The position numbers and the translations under genes are program-made. The notes beneath the pieces were generated by a model that saw only the letters and a program-made list of their open reading frames with translations, did no database searches and had not been told where the DNA came from. Below are positions 45,145 through 53,825 of a stretch of 64,000 bases of DNA, piece after piece. Location: positions 71,783-135,782 of the forward strand of contig JAWLAN010000011.1 in assembly GCA_041395385.1 (NCBI GenBank), in the 5' to 3' direction. Origin of the DNA: Gammaproteobacteria bacterium (GTDB taxonomy: Bacteria; Pseudomonadota; Gammaproteobacteria; JAJPIJ01). Each line of letters opens with the position of its first letter. Positions within the stretch are counted from its first letter, which is position 1.

Positions 45145-45903
45145 TCACCCGTTCACAGTCATGAGGGTCTTGGCGCTCGCGCGCGCCACTGCGCGCAGGC
45201 GCTCCAGCGACGGGATGCGGATGCTGCGTCGATCCACCTCCAGCAGCCCTTCGTGCTGGAAGTTCGTGAACAGCCTGCTCACCGTCTCCACCGCGAGCGC
45301 GAGGTAGCTCGCGATGTCCTGCCGCGCCATCGGCAGGTTGAAGGCCAGCGCCGAGTAGCCCAGATGCGCATACGCATCCGACATCTGCAGCAGGAAGGCG
45401 GCCAGCCGCTCGTCGGCACCGCGTTGTGCCAGCAGGACCGCGCGCGCATGCTCCTTGGTGATCTCGCGCCCCGCATGCTTGAGTATCTGGGCGTACAGCG
45501 CCGGATCGTGCCCCGCCGCATCCTCGATGACCTCCAGCGGGAAACGGCATACGGTAATCATCTCCATCGCCTGGGCCGAGCTCGTGTGCATCCCCTCGCC
45601 GAGCGCGTCGACGCCGATGAGATCGCCGGGCAGATGAAAGCGGATCACCTGCTCCAGGCCGTCCGGCGTGGAAACGTAGCTCTTGGCGGAGCCGGAACGG
45701 ACGATGTAGAGGGCCTGCAGGCGCTCGCCCTGGCGGAAGAGGTGGTGGCCCCGCGCCAACGGCCTGCCGCACTTGATGCCTGTTTCCCCGCCGCAATGCG
45801 AGGCAACCGTGTTCATCACGCAGATGCGCTGCAGACGGCAGTCCGCGCATCTCAATGATGCCGCCTGGCCGAATCTCACTACGTTGGACTCCTGCGTTTG
45901 CAT
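45145..45903 (-). CDS. fnr: FNR/ANR-type oxygen-sensing Crp/Fnr-family transcriptional regulator
   Basis: N-terminal Cys cluster C-x2-C-x5-C (CADCRLQRIC) plus a central Cys (VCRF). cNMP-binding-like fold and a C-terminal HTH (SRLFTNFQHEGLL). Confidence 0.88.
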   Translation of the reverse strand: MQTQESNVVRFGQAASLRCADCRLQRICVMNTVASHCGGETGIKCGRPLARGHHLFRQGERLQALYIVRSGSAKSYVSTPDGLEQVIRFHLPGDLIGVDALGEGMHTSSAQAMEMITVCRFPLEVIEDAAGHDPALYAQILKHAGREITKEHARAVLLAQRGADERLAAFLLQMSDAYAHLGYSALAFNLPMARQDIASYLALAVETVSRLFTNFQHEGLLEVDRRSIRIPSLERLRAVARASAKTLMTVNG

Positions 45904-46109
45904 GTCGAACCCTCCTAGCCGCGTTTTGCCTGATTCTTAGGAGTATTTATAGGCCGATGGGCAGCGCCGAAGAATCCGCGTATCCGCGTAGCGCGATTGC
46001 GGAAACTACGTAGGTCAACTGCGGGCCCCTGCGACCAGGGCGCGCCTGGCGTCGCGGCCGCAGCCCGTCCCTCGCCGCGGCTTGAAACGGGCAGTCCCCC
46101 GCGCTGGAG

Positions 46110-46598
46110 CTAGAGCCGCTCCTCGGCCTTCCGGCCGGCGTGGTAGGTGACGTAGATCAGTATCGGGATCTGCAGGTCGCCCAGATGCTGCTCGATGATC
46201 GGTTGGACCTCATTCCAATCCAGCCCGCCGACGCCGGTCGCCAGTCTCGGCAGGGCCACGCTCGTGTATCCCTCTCGCTCGATGAGCTCGCGCAGGGCCT
46301 TCATCGCGTGCCCGACGTTGTGAGTCGTGGCCCGCCCCGGCCGCTCACCCTGTCCATAAGCCGATTCCTGCGTGAACAGATTCACGATGCGCTTTCCGCC
46401 CGGGGCCATCCAGGTCCACACCCCGCCCGGCTTGGGATGATGCGTCTGGCAGTAGTGGCGGAAATCCTTGTACATGGCCGGCCAATGCTCGCGCAGTTGC
46501 AGCGCGAGCCCGGCGTGGAAGCTGTCGTTGGGCGAGACGCCGTGGGCGATGACCGCCGCTTCGCTCAATAGGATGTCGCCGCTCACCTCTCGAATCAT
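46110..46598 (-). CDS. macrodomain protein, DarG/TARG1-like (putative ADP-ribosyl hydrolase)
   Basis: 162 aa. The layout resembles DarG N-terminal macrodomains (GDILLSEAAVIAHGV ... SVALPRLATGVGGLDWNEVQPIIEQHL). No DarT-like gene is adjacent. Confidence 0.55.
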   Translation of the reverse strand: MIREVSGDILLSEAAVIAHGVSPNDSFHAGLALQLREHWPAMYKDFRHYCQTHHPKPGGVWTWMAPGGKRIVNLFTQESAYGQGERPGRATTHNVGHAMKALRELIEREGYTSVALPRLATGVGGLDWNEVQPIIEQHLGDLQIPILIYVTYHAGRKAEERL

Positions 46599-46813
46599 GT
46601 CGCTCTCCTGATGGTCGATTGCCGGGTAGCGATCGCTACCGTACGCGGGAAACTATAGGTCGTGGGCAATCGGGCACCTTGCGCTGGATCAGAACAGCGC
46701 CGCGGCGGTGGCCTGTCAGACCCGGAAAGGGGACAATGACCGCGAGGCCCGTACCGCGATGTCGTGTCGTATCGGCCGCCAATGCGAACCATCCGAGAAG
46801 AGGAACACGAGAA

Positions 46814-47155
46814 ATGCACCAGTTCAGCCGATATGCCACCTGTCTTGCAGCCGCCGTTACGGTTCTCTTCGGGGCCGCCGCCGCGGCGGTGGAGTGCTAC
46901 CCGGAAGTCAGAATGGAGCAGGACCTCGCGAGCCGCGGCTTCACCCTGCGCGAATCGGTCAAGGCCGAAAGGATGGATCTGCTCGCCTACGCCAGCGATG
47001 CCGAGAAGAAGTGGGTGATCATGGCCCGACCGGAGGAAGGCATGGTCTCGGGCGGGGTGCCGGGGGAATCCACGCTCTGCCCGCTGGATGCCGGCGATGG
47101 CGACCTCGAAGCGTTGAAGGGCAGTCCGTACTTCCAGAAGTTCTTCGTGCAGTAG
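46814..47155 (+). CDS. small secreted protein of unknown function (113 aa)
   Basis: RBS GAGAAGAGGAACACGAG before the ATG. Signal peptide MHQFSRYATCLAAAVTVLFGAAAAAVEC and two Cys in the mature part. The upstream part of the track ORF is an artefact. Confidence 0.5.
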   Translation: MHQFSRYATCLAAAVTVLFGAAAAAVECYPEVRMEQDLASRGFTLRESVKAERMDLLAYASDAEKKWVIMARPEEGMVSGGVPGESTLCPLDAGDGDLEALKGSPYFQKFFVQ

Positions 47156-47275
47156 CTGCGCCCGAACGGCGCCGACCGGGACGGCCTCCTTCAGGCACCC
47201 TGCGGGCCAAGAGGCGCACCCCGCCGCCGCGCCGTCGGCTCAGCGCCCGGAGCGACGGCGACCGGCGAGCGCCGT

Positions 47276-47653
47276 CTAGCGATATCCCTGTTCGCCGTGC
47301 TTGGGATCGACGGCCCTGCCGAGAGAGAGCGACACCATCAGCAGCGCGATGCGCTCGTGCATGATGAGCGTGTGCTGATTGCCGGTTTTCATCATGTGCT
47401 GGCGCAGCGTCTCGCGCACGCCGGCGGAGCCGGTGACGTCGATGATGATGTCGACCTTTTCACCGTCGCGCGCCAGCTCCATGAAATCCGAAGTGACGCG
47501 TATCCCGTTGTCGCGCGCGAGGCGCACCCCGGGCAGATCGAGATTCAGGTCGGCGACGCCCACCACCTCGACGAACGATGCGGCGATCAACTGCTTCAGG
47601 AGCGGCGCGCCAGTCTCGCCGGCGCCGATCATTGCGATGCGAAACACTTTCAT
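47276..47653 (-). CDS. small Rossmann-like protein of unknown function (125 aa)
   Basis: N-terminus MKVFRIAMIGAGETG with a dinucleotide-binding-like GxGxxG motif. GGAGG RBS 8 nt upstream of the ATG. Lies 115 bp downstream of fixJ on the same strand. Confidence 0.45.
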   Translation of the reverse strand: MKVFRIAMIGAGETGAPLLKQLIAASFVEVVGVADLNLDLPGVRLARDNGIRVTSDFMELARDGEKVDIIIDVTGSAGVRETLRQHMMKTGNQHTLIMHERIALLMVSLSLGRAVDPKHGEQGYR

Positions 47654-47767
47654 GGGTACGACCTCCAGCGGGGCGATGGGCATGGTCCGAGAAATGCCCG
47701 ACGGCCCTAGCCAGAAACATGCCAGTCAATCGCCCACGCTCGTGGCGCGCACGCATCCCCCCGGCGA

Positions 47768-48406
47768 TCAGGACTCCGTTCCCGCCGTCTCCCCGTCCTC
47801 CTCGAGCCTGAGGTTCATCGCCACCAGTTCGGCGAGAGAGCGCACCTCCATCTTCTCCATGACGTGCGCACGATGCAGCTCCACGGTGCGCTCGCTCAGC
47901 CCGAGATCGATCGCGATGACCTTGTTGGCCTGACCGGCGACCACCCGCTCCATGATCTCGCGCTCGCGCGGCGTGAGCCGCTCGCGGCGGATGCGCAGCA
48001 TCTGGCGCTCCACATCGGAATTGCGTCGCGCCGTGTCCTCTCGCAGCGCCGCCTGCACGCGATCGAGCAGGTCCTGATCGTTGAACGGCTTCTGCAGGAA
48101 ATCGAAGGCTCCCTTCTTGATTGCCCGTACCGCCATCGGCACGTCCCCGTGGCCGGTGATGAAGATGACCGGCAGTCGCATCCCCTTCGCGCACATCTGC
48201 TCGAAGAGCTCCAGGCCGCTCATCCCGGGCATGCGGATGTCCAGGAGCACGCAGCCGCCCTGCCGGCCGGTGACTTCGGCCAGGAACGCCGCCGCCGAGG
48301 GAAACAGCACCGACTTCAGGCCGACTGAATTCAGCAGCATCCGCAACGAGCCACGCACGGCATCGTCGTCGTCGACCACGAAAACGACCTGATCGGATTC
48401 ACTCAT
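47768..48406 (-). CDS. fixJ: response regulator FixJ (REC + LuxR-type HTH)
   Basis: VVFVVDDDDAVR, the phospho-acceptor in VLLDIRMPGMSG, and a C-terminal LuxR/FixJ HTH (LTPREREIMERVVAGQANKVIAIDLGLSERTVELHRAHVMEKM). Start trimmed to MSESDQ. Confidence 0.9.
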   Translation of the reverse strand: MSESDQVVFVVDDDDAVRGSLRMLLNSVGLKSVLFPSAAAFLAEVTGRQGGCVLLDIRMPGMSGLELFEQMCAKGMRLPVIFITGHGDVPMAVRAIKKGAFDFLQKPFNDQDLLDRVQAALREDTARRNSDVERQMLRIRRERLTPREREIMERVVAGQANKVIAIDLGLSERTVELHRAHVMEKMEVRSLAELVAMNLRLEEDGETAGTES

Positions 48407-49982
48407 GTTCAACGGGTTGCGCGACCGGCAGGGAGACGTGGAACTCGGCGCCTCCGCCCTCGTGCGCACTGTACCAGAGGCGACCGCCGAAGGCGGCCAC
48501 GATGCTGCTGCTGATCGAAAGGCCCAGACCCATGCCGTGCGCCTTGGTGGTGAAAAAAGGGGCGAACAGGCGTTCCACGTCAGCGGCATCGATGCCCGGT
48601 CCACGATCCGCCACGGAAAACGCCACGGTCGCATCCGGTCCGCGCGCCGAGCGGATCTCGATGACGCGCTGCACCGCCGGCGTCACGGCCATCGCGTCGA
48701 TCGCGTTGCGGATGAAATTCAGCGCCACCTGCTGGAGCTGTACGGCATCGGCCTGCACCGGCGGCAGGTTCGGGGCGAGCGCGAGCTCCACGCGCGTGTA
48801 GTGGTGCCGCAGATCGACGTCGGCGAACCGGATCACCGCGCGCAGCTGTTCGTTGAGATCCACCAGTTCGCTGCGTACCTCCTCGCGGCGCATGAATCCG
48901 CGCAGACGCCGGATGATGTCGCCGGCCCTCTCCGCCTGGCGCGCGATCTGCTCCAGAGCCTCCTCGAAATCCTGCGTTCCCTCTACGCCGCGGGCGAGCA
49001 TGCGGCGGGCGGCCTGCGCGTAGGTCGCGATTGCGGTCAGCGGCTGCGTTATCTCGTGCGCGATGCCCGAGGCCATCTCTCCCATGGTGGACAGGCGGCC
49101 GACGTGCGCGAGCCGCTCGCGCTGCTCGCGCACCTGCTGTTCCATCATCAACTCCGAGGTCCGGTCCAGCACCTGGGCGACGAACAGGGGCTGCTCGTCC
49201 TGTATCGTGAAACTGCAATGCAGGCTGCACGGGGTGAGGCCGCCGTCCGGCCTGCGTATGCGGATGTCGCGCGTGTCGGGCTGGCCTGCGCCCTGCGCCG
49301 CCTGCCTCATCTCATCGATGATGTCGCGATCCTCCACCGCCACGAACTCGGCGAAATTGATGCCGAGGAGATCTTCCGGCGCGCGGCCGCAAAGTCGGCA
49401 GAACTCGGGATTGACGGTGCGTATGCGGCAGTGCCCGTCGGCCATGAAGATGCCGGCCGGCGCGTTGTCGATGATCAGGCGCAACTCGGCCTCGCGGGCG
49501 CGGAGGGCGGCCTCGGCGTTCTTGCGCCAGGAGATATCGCGCACGATACCGACGAACTGCCTGCGTTCCCCGCGCGCCTCGCCGACGGCGATGTCCAGCG
49601 GGAAGACCGTTCCGTCCTTGCGCAGGCCCTGCGCCTCGCGCCCGATCCCGATGATCTTGGGTACGCCCGTGCGGAGGTAGTTCTGCAGGTACTGGTCGTG
49701 CTCGCTCTGCCAGGGATCCGGCATCAGCATGCTGACGTTGCGGCCGATGACCTCCTCGGCGCGATAGCCGAAGATCGCCTCGGCCGCCTGGTTGAACACC
49801 TCGATGTTGCCGCATTGATCGATGATGATCAGGCCGTCGACCGCCGCATTCAGCGTCGCCTCGAAACGTGCTCGATAACCGCCGGGATCCTGCTGCGTAG
49901 TGCCGGCCGGCGCGCCTTCAGGCCGCGCGCCTGGCATTGGAACGTGGTCCATGCCGGGTATTGTCGTTAATCTGCGCCCCAT
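48399..49982 (-). CDS. fixL: oxygen-sensor histidine kinase FixL (haem-PAS)
   Basis: Two PAS domains. The first matches the haem-binding FixL PAS (LMPDPWQSEHDQYLQNYLRTGVPKIIGIGREAQGLRKDGTVFPLDIAVGE). These are followed by an H-box (HEITQPLTAI) and HATPase_c. Confidence 0.88.
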   Translation of the reverse strand: MGRRLTTIPGMDHVPMPGARPEGAPAGTTQQDPGGYRARFEATLNAAVDGLIIIDQCGNIEVFNQAAEAIFGYRAEEVIGRNVSMLMPDPWQSEHDQYLQNYLRTGVPKIIGIGREAQGLRKDGTVFPLDIAVGEARGERRQFVGIVRDISWRKNAEAALRAREAELRLIIDNAPAGIFMADGHCRIRTVNPEFCRLCGRAPEDLLGINFAEFVAVEDRDIIDEMRQAAQGAGQPDTRDIRIRRPDGGLTPCSLHCSFTIQDEQPLFVAQVLDRTSELMMEQQVREQRERLAHVGRLSTMGEMASGIAHEITQPLTAIATYAQAARRMLARGVEGTQDFEEALEQIARQAERAGDIIRRLRGFMRREEVRSELVDLNEQLRAVIRFADVDLRHHYTRVELALAPNLPPVQADAVQLQQVALNFIRNAIDAMAVTPAVQRVIEIRSARGPDATVAFSVADRGPGIDAADVERLFAPFFTTKAHGMGLGLSISSSIVAAFGGRLWYSAHEGGGAEFHVSLPVAQPVEHE

Positions 49983-50005
49983 ACTCCACCATCCAGGAGC
50001 CGCAT

Positions 50006-50725
50006 ATGGGGGTTGCCCTGCTGCTGGGCCTGCTGAGCAGCCTGCACTGCGCGGGCATGTGCGGGAGCGTCATCGCCGCGGCGACCTACGGGATCGGCAG
50101 CAAGCGCGCCCCGCTCGTCGTCCTCGTAAACGCGGCGCGCGTGGCGAGCTACGCCGTCGCCGGCGGGCTCGCCGCCGGTGGGGTCGGCACCCTGGCCGGC
50201 ACCGTGGGAGCGGGCGGACACCTGGCCCTGAGCCTGTTCGGGGCGATCGTCATAGTGGCTGCCGGCCTGCAGGTAGGTGGCTGGCTGAACGTCTGGGCCG
50301 GTCTGGAACGCCTGGGCGGGCGCCTCTGGCAACGCATCAGCCGCGCCGCGCGCCTGCTGCTTCCAGTGCGCCACGCCTGGCAGGCCGTGGCGTTCGGATT
50401 GCTGTGGGGCTGGATGCCCTGCGGGCTGGTCTACGGCGCCCTGGGATACGCCGCCTCCACCGGCAACTGGCGCGACGGGGCGCTGTACATGCTCGCCTTC
50501 GGGGCCGGCACGTTGCCGGCGATGACCGGTCTGGGATTGTTCAGCACGCTGGCGGCTCGGCTGCAGCGGCGCCAGGGCTGGCGCCGGTTCGCGGGGGCGG
50601 CGCTCATCGGCATGGCGGTCATCACGGTGGCGATGCATGTGGCCCCCGGCGCACACGTCCATGAGACGAGGGCTCCGGCGGGCGCCGGGGAGCCTCCTCC
50701 CCCTCCGCCTGCCGGTCACCACTGA
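50006..50725 (+). CDS. DsbD_2 / TauE-SafE-like membrane protein (cbb3-oxidase-cluster associated)
   Basis: HCAGMCG motif in the first transmembrane helix and about 6 predicted transmembrane helices. AGGAG RBS before the ATG. The 3' end overlaps ccoS convergently. Confidence 0.6.
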   Translation: MGVALLLGLLSSLHCAGMCGSVIAAATYGIGSKRAPLVVLVNAARVASYAVAGGLAAGGVGTLAGTVGAGGHLALSLFGAIVIVAAGLQVGGWLNVWAGLERLGGRLWQRISRAARLLLPVRHAWQAVAFGLLWGWMPCGLVYGALGYAASTGNWRDGALYMLAFGAGTLPAMTGLGLFSTLAARLQRRQGWRRFAGAALIGMAVITVAMHVAPGAHVHETRAPAGAGEPPPPPPAGHH

Positions 50726-50879
50726 CCGCCGGCGGGACGTCGTCGTCGTCCATGAGGATCTGGTGAGCGGGACCCTCCAGATCGTCGAACTGGCCCGATC
50801 CGACCGCCCACAGGAAGGCCCAGAGGATCACCCCGACGAACACCAGGGAGATCGGGATCAGCAGATAGATGATCTCCAT
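50622..50879 (-). CDS. ccoS: cbb3-type cytochrome oxidase maturation protein CcoS/FixS
   Basis: MEIIYLLIPISLVFVGVILWAFLWAVGSGQFDDLEGPAHQILMDDDD is a typical CcoS. GAGGTG RBS. It has a longer acidic/Pro-rich tail than usual. Confidence 0.8.
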   Translation of the reverse strand: MEIIYLLIPISLVFVGVILWAFLWAVGSGQFDDLEGPAHQILMDDDDVPPAVSGDRQAEGEEAPRRPPEPSSHGRVRRGPHASPP

Positions 50880-50889
50880 CCCGCCCACC

Positions 50890-53376
50890 TCACCGCGGTT
50901 CGGAGACGCGGCGCAGGCGCAGCGCGTTTCCCAGCACGAACAGCGAGCTCGCCGACATGCCGGCGGCGGCGATGAGCGGGTTGACCAGACCGAGCACCGC
51001 TGCCGGCAGGCCGATGACGTTGTAGAACAGCGCCCACCACAGGTTGCCGCGGATGATGCGCCGGGTCTTGCGCGCGTGATCCACCGCCTCGAGCACGCCG
51101 TGCAGATCGCCCCGCAGCAGCACCATGTCGGCGCTGCTGTGCGCCAGGGCCGCGCCGCTGCCCATGGCGATCGAGACCTGGGCGCCGGCCAGCACCGGCG
51201 CGTCGTTCACCCCGTCGCCGACCATCATCACCACGGCGCCGCCGCTCTGCAATTCACGCACCGCTTGCAGCTTCGCCTGCGGATTCATCCCGGCACGCCA
51301 GTGCCCGATCCCGATGGCCTCGGCGACAGCCGCCGACACCGGCTGCTGATCCCCCGTCAGCAGCGTCAGGCGCAGGCCTCTGTCCCGCAGCGCGCGCACG
51401 ACCGCAGCGGCCTCGGGCCTGACCTCATCGAGCAGGGTGAAGACCGCGACCGGACCGTCCTCGTTGGCGAGCGTCACGGTCGTGCCGATCCGCCCCGTCG
51501 GCCCGGCAGCGGCCGGCTGCCGCCCGGTGTGCGCGGCGATGAAGCGCGGCGAGCCGAGGTACCAGCGACGAGCACCGATCTCCCCGTGTATCCCGGCGCC
51601 GGGCTCGTTGATCACCCCGGCGGCGGCAGGCACGCGCAACTCCCGCGAGGCCTGGCGGAAGGCGCGCGCGATCGGATGCTCCGAGTGCCACTCGAGCGCG
51701 GCAGCGAGCGCGAGACATTCCGCCTCGCCGTGGCTGCCGAGCAGCTCGGTATGCGCCAGGCGCGGCGCCCCGCGTGTGAGCGTGCCGGTCTTGTCGAAGA
51801 CGACATGGGTCACGCGCGCCGCGGTTTCGATGGCGGCGCTGCGCACCACCAGCACGCCCCTGGACATCAACGCATTGATGGCACAGGTGAGCGCCGCCGG
51901 CGCGGCCAGCGACAGCGCGCACGGACAGGTGATGACCAGCACCGCCAGCACGTTCGCGAACCAGTGCTCGGTGTTGGCGGCCATGCCGGCGATGGCGGTC
52001 AGCGAGGCGACGACCAGCACCGACCCCACGAACCAGCCGGCGATGCGATCGGCCAGCGCCGTCAGCCGCGGCCGCTCGCCGAGCGCGCGCTCCAGCGCCT
52101 CGACGATGCCGGCGAGCAGCGTTTTCTCGCCGACGCGCGTGACCGTCATCTGCAACGGATTTTCGACGTTGATCGAACCCCCGAGGAGCGGGGTGCCCTC
52201 CTGCTTGCGTACCGGCGCGCTCTCGCCGGTGAGCAGGGATTCGTTGACCGTGGAAACGCCCTCCGCCACCACGCCGTCGGCGGGGATCTCCTCGCCCGGT
52301 CGAATGAGCAGCCGATCCCCGGGTTTCAGTTCCGCCGGCGCCGCCATCTCCGCCCCGCCCTCGGCGGCGGGGTTGATCCGGCGCGCCAGCAGCGGCAGCC
52401 GCCGTCCCATGCGTTCGACCGTTTCCGTGGCCCGCGCGCGCGCCATGAACTCGAGATACCGCGCCGCGAGCAGGAAGGTCACGAACATCACCACGGCATC
52501 GAAATACGTCGTGCCCCGGTCGCTCCAGGTGTTCCATGCGCTGCCGAGATAGGCCAGCAGGATCCCGAGGGACACCGACAGATCCATGTTGAGCGTGCCG
52601 CCGTGCAGTCCGCGCCACGCCGACTGCAGGAATCCCATGCCGGAGTAGAAGACCACGGGGGTCGTGAGCAGCAGATTGATGGCGTTGAGGAACTGACGGT
52701 GATCGGTGGCGATGTAGCCCTCGTCGAAATAGAACGCGGTGGCCACCATCATCACCTGCATGCCGAGCACCAGGGCCACGCCCAGCCTGCGCAGCAGGGT
52801 GCGGCGCTCGCGGTCGCTGCCCAGTTGTTGTCGCCGCGGATCGTAGGGCTGCGCGTCGTAGCCCAGCCGCTCGATGCCGCGGATGAGCCCGGATACCTCC
52901 ACCTCGGCGGCGTGTACGATCCGCGCGCGGCGCGTGCTGTAGTTTACGCCCACCTCCATCACGCCGGGTTGCTGCGCCAGGTAACGCTCGATGAGCCACA
53001 GACAGGCCGGGCAGGCCACCTTCTCGATCATCAGCGAGCACTCCGCGGCGCCGTCCGCCCGCTCGCGCGTGAACTGTCTGCGCACGGCGGGATGGTCGAA
53101 CGCCGCCAGGCGCTCACGCACTGCCGCCGGCATCTCCTCGACGCGGGGCGAGACCGTGGTGCGATGCCGATAGAATTCGGCCAGGCCGGCTTCGACGATC
53201 AGCTTGGCGGCGGCCTGGCATCCAACGCAGCACATGGGCCGTTCGACGCCTTCGACCTCCACCGGCAGGTTCGTTCCGGCGGGCACGGGTTCCCCGCAAT
53301 GGAAACAACGCGCGTCCGCGCGGGTCGGCATGTCCATGAGCATCGGAGCGACGGTCTCGACGGTGGTGCTCACCAT
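50890..53376 (-). CDS. ccoI: copper-translocating P1B-type ATPase CcoI/FixI
   Basis: N-terminal metal-binding CxxC motifs, transmembrane CPC, DKTGT phosphorylation site and GDGVNDAP. Confidence 0.9.
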   Translation of the reverse strand: MVSTTVETVAPMLMDMPTRADARCFHCGEPVPAGTNLPVEVEGVERPMCCVGCQAAAKLIVEAGLAEFYRHRTTVSPRVEEMPAAVRERLAAFDHPAVRRQFTRERADGAAECSLMIEKVACPACLWLIERYLAQQPGVMEVGVNYSTRRARIVHAAEVEVSGLIRGIERLGYDAQPYDPRRQQLGSDRERRTLLRRLGVALVLGMQVMMVATAFYFDEGYIATDHRQFLNAINLLLTTPVVFYSGMGFLQSAWRGLHGGTLNMDLSVSLGILLAYLGSAWNTWSDRGTTYFDAVVMFVTFLLAARYLEFMARARATETVERMGRRLPLLARRINPAAEGGAEMAAPAELKPGDRLLIRPGEEIPADGVVAEGVSTVNESLLTGESAPVRKQEGTPLLGGSINVENPLQMTVTRVGEKTLLAGIVEALERALGERPRLTALADRIAGWFVGSVLVVASLTAIAGMAANTEHWFANVLAVLVITCPCALSLAAPAALTCAINALMSRGVLVVRSAAIETAARVTHVVFDKTGTLTRGAPRLAHTELLGSHGEAECLALAAALEWHSEHPIARAFRQASRELRVPAAAGVINEPGAGIHGEIGARRWYLGSPRFIAAHTGRQPAAAGPTGRIGTTVTLANEDGPVAVFTLLDEVRPEAAAVVRALRDRGLRLTLLTGDQQPVSAAVAEAIGIGHWRAGMNPQAKLQAVRELQSGGAVVMMVGDGVNDAPVLAGAQVSIAMGSGAALAHSSADMVLLRGDLHGVLEAVDHARKTRRIIRGNLWWALFYNVIGLPAAVLGLVNPLIAAAGMSASSLFVLGNALRLRRVSEPR

Positions 53377-53734
53377 CCTGACTCCCGGGGCTCGAATGTC
53401 AATTGCCCGTTCTGGCCGCCAGCGGTCCCCCTCGCGCTGTCGGGTTTTTGACGTTTGGGGCCACCAATGTGCAATTCCGTGTCCCCTCGTTTCATAATCG
53501 CCTCACCTGAGCATCTCGATGGAAGTCCCTGTCCCCCGGATGTTTTTCACTCATTCGCGGAGCAGGCGTACAAATGGCGGCGTTGACCGGGGGGATCGGC
53601 GCGGCTGGAGCCTTTCTTGCAGTGCGGTTCAGGCCATTCGAGGGCGCCGCGCCGTGCGGCAAATGCCGGGGGACCACACCGAATTCCATATGAAAAACCG
53701 ACGCTTGATTATCCTGGCCGCCGCCCGATTTGGG

Positions 53735-53748
53735 TTGATCGGCATCAA
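53735..53748. promoter_or_regulatory. FNR/ANR binding site (TTGATCGGCATCAA)
   Basis: Perfect TTGAT-N4-ATCAA palindrome. It is centred about 84 bp upstream of the multi-PAS kinase ATG and about 365 bp upstream of ccoI on the other strand. Confidence 0.55.
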
Positions 53749-53825
53749 CGCCATCGGTCGATGAATCCGCGGGTCCACCCTTCCGGCGTGTCCGCTCCGG
53801 ACCTACATCCGCCACCGATCGCCCG

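Noticed and set aside
46599-46813. DarT toxin gene next to the DarG-like macrodomain
   Set aside because: No ORF of suitable size or composition in either flank.
48405-49970. 521-aa ORF antisense to fixL
   Set aside because: Antisense artefact. fixL is strongly supported by the haem-PAS signature.
50869-53451. 860-aa ORF antisense to ccoI
   Set aside because: Antisense artefact.
53519-53764. 81-aa ORF in the ccoI/kinase intergenic region
   Set aside because: It contains the FNR box inside it. Arg-rich, no RBS. Better explained as regulatory DNA.
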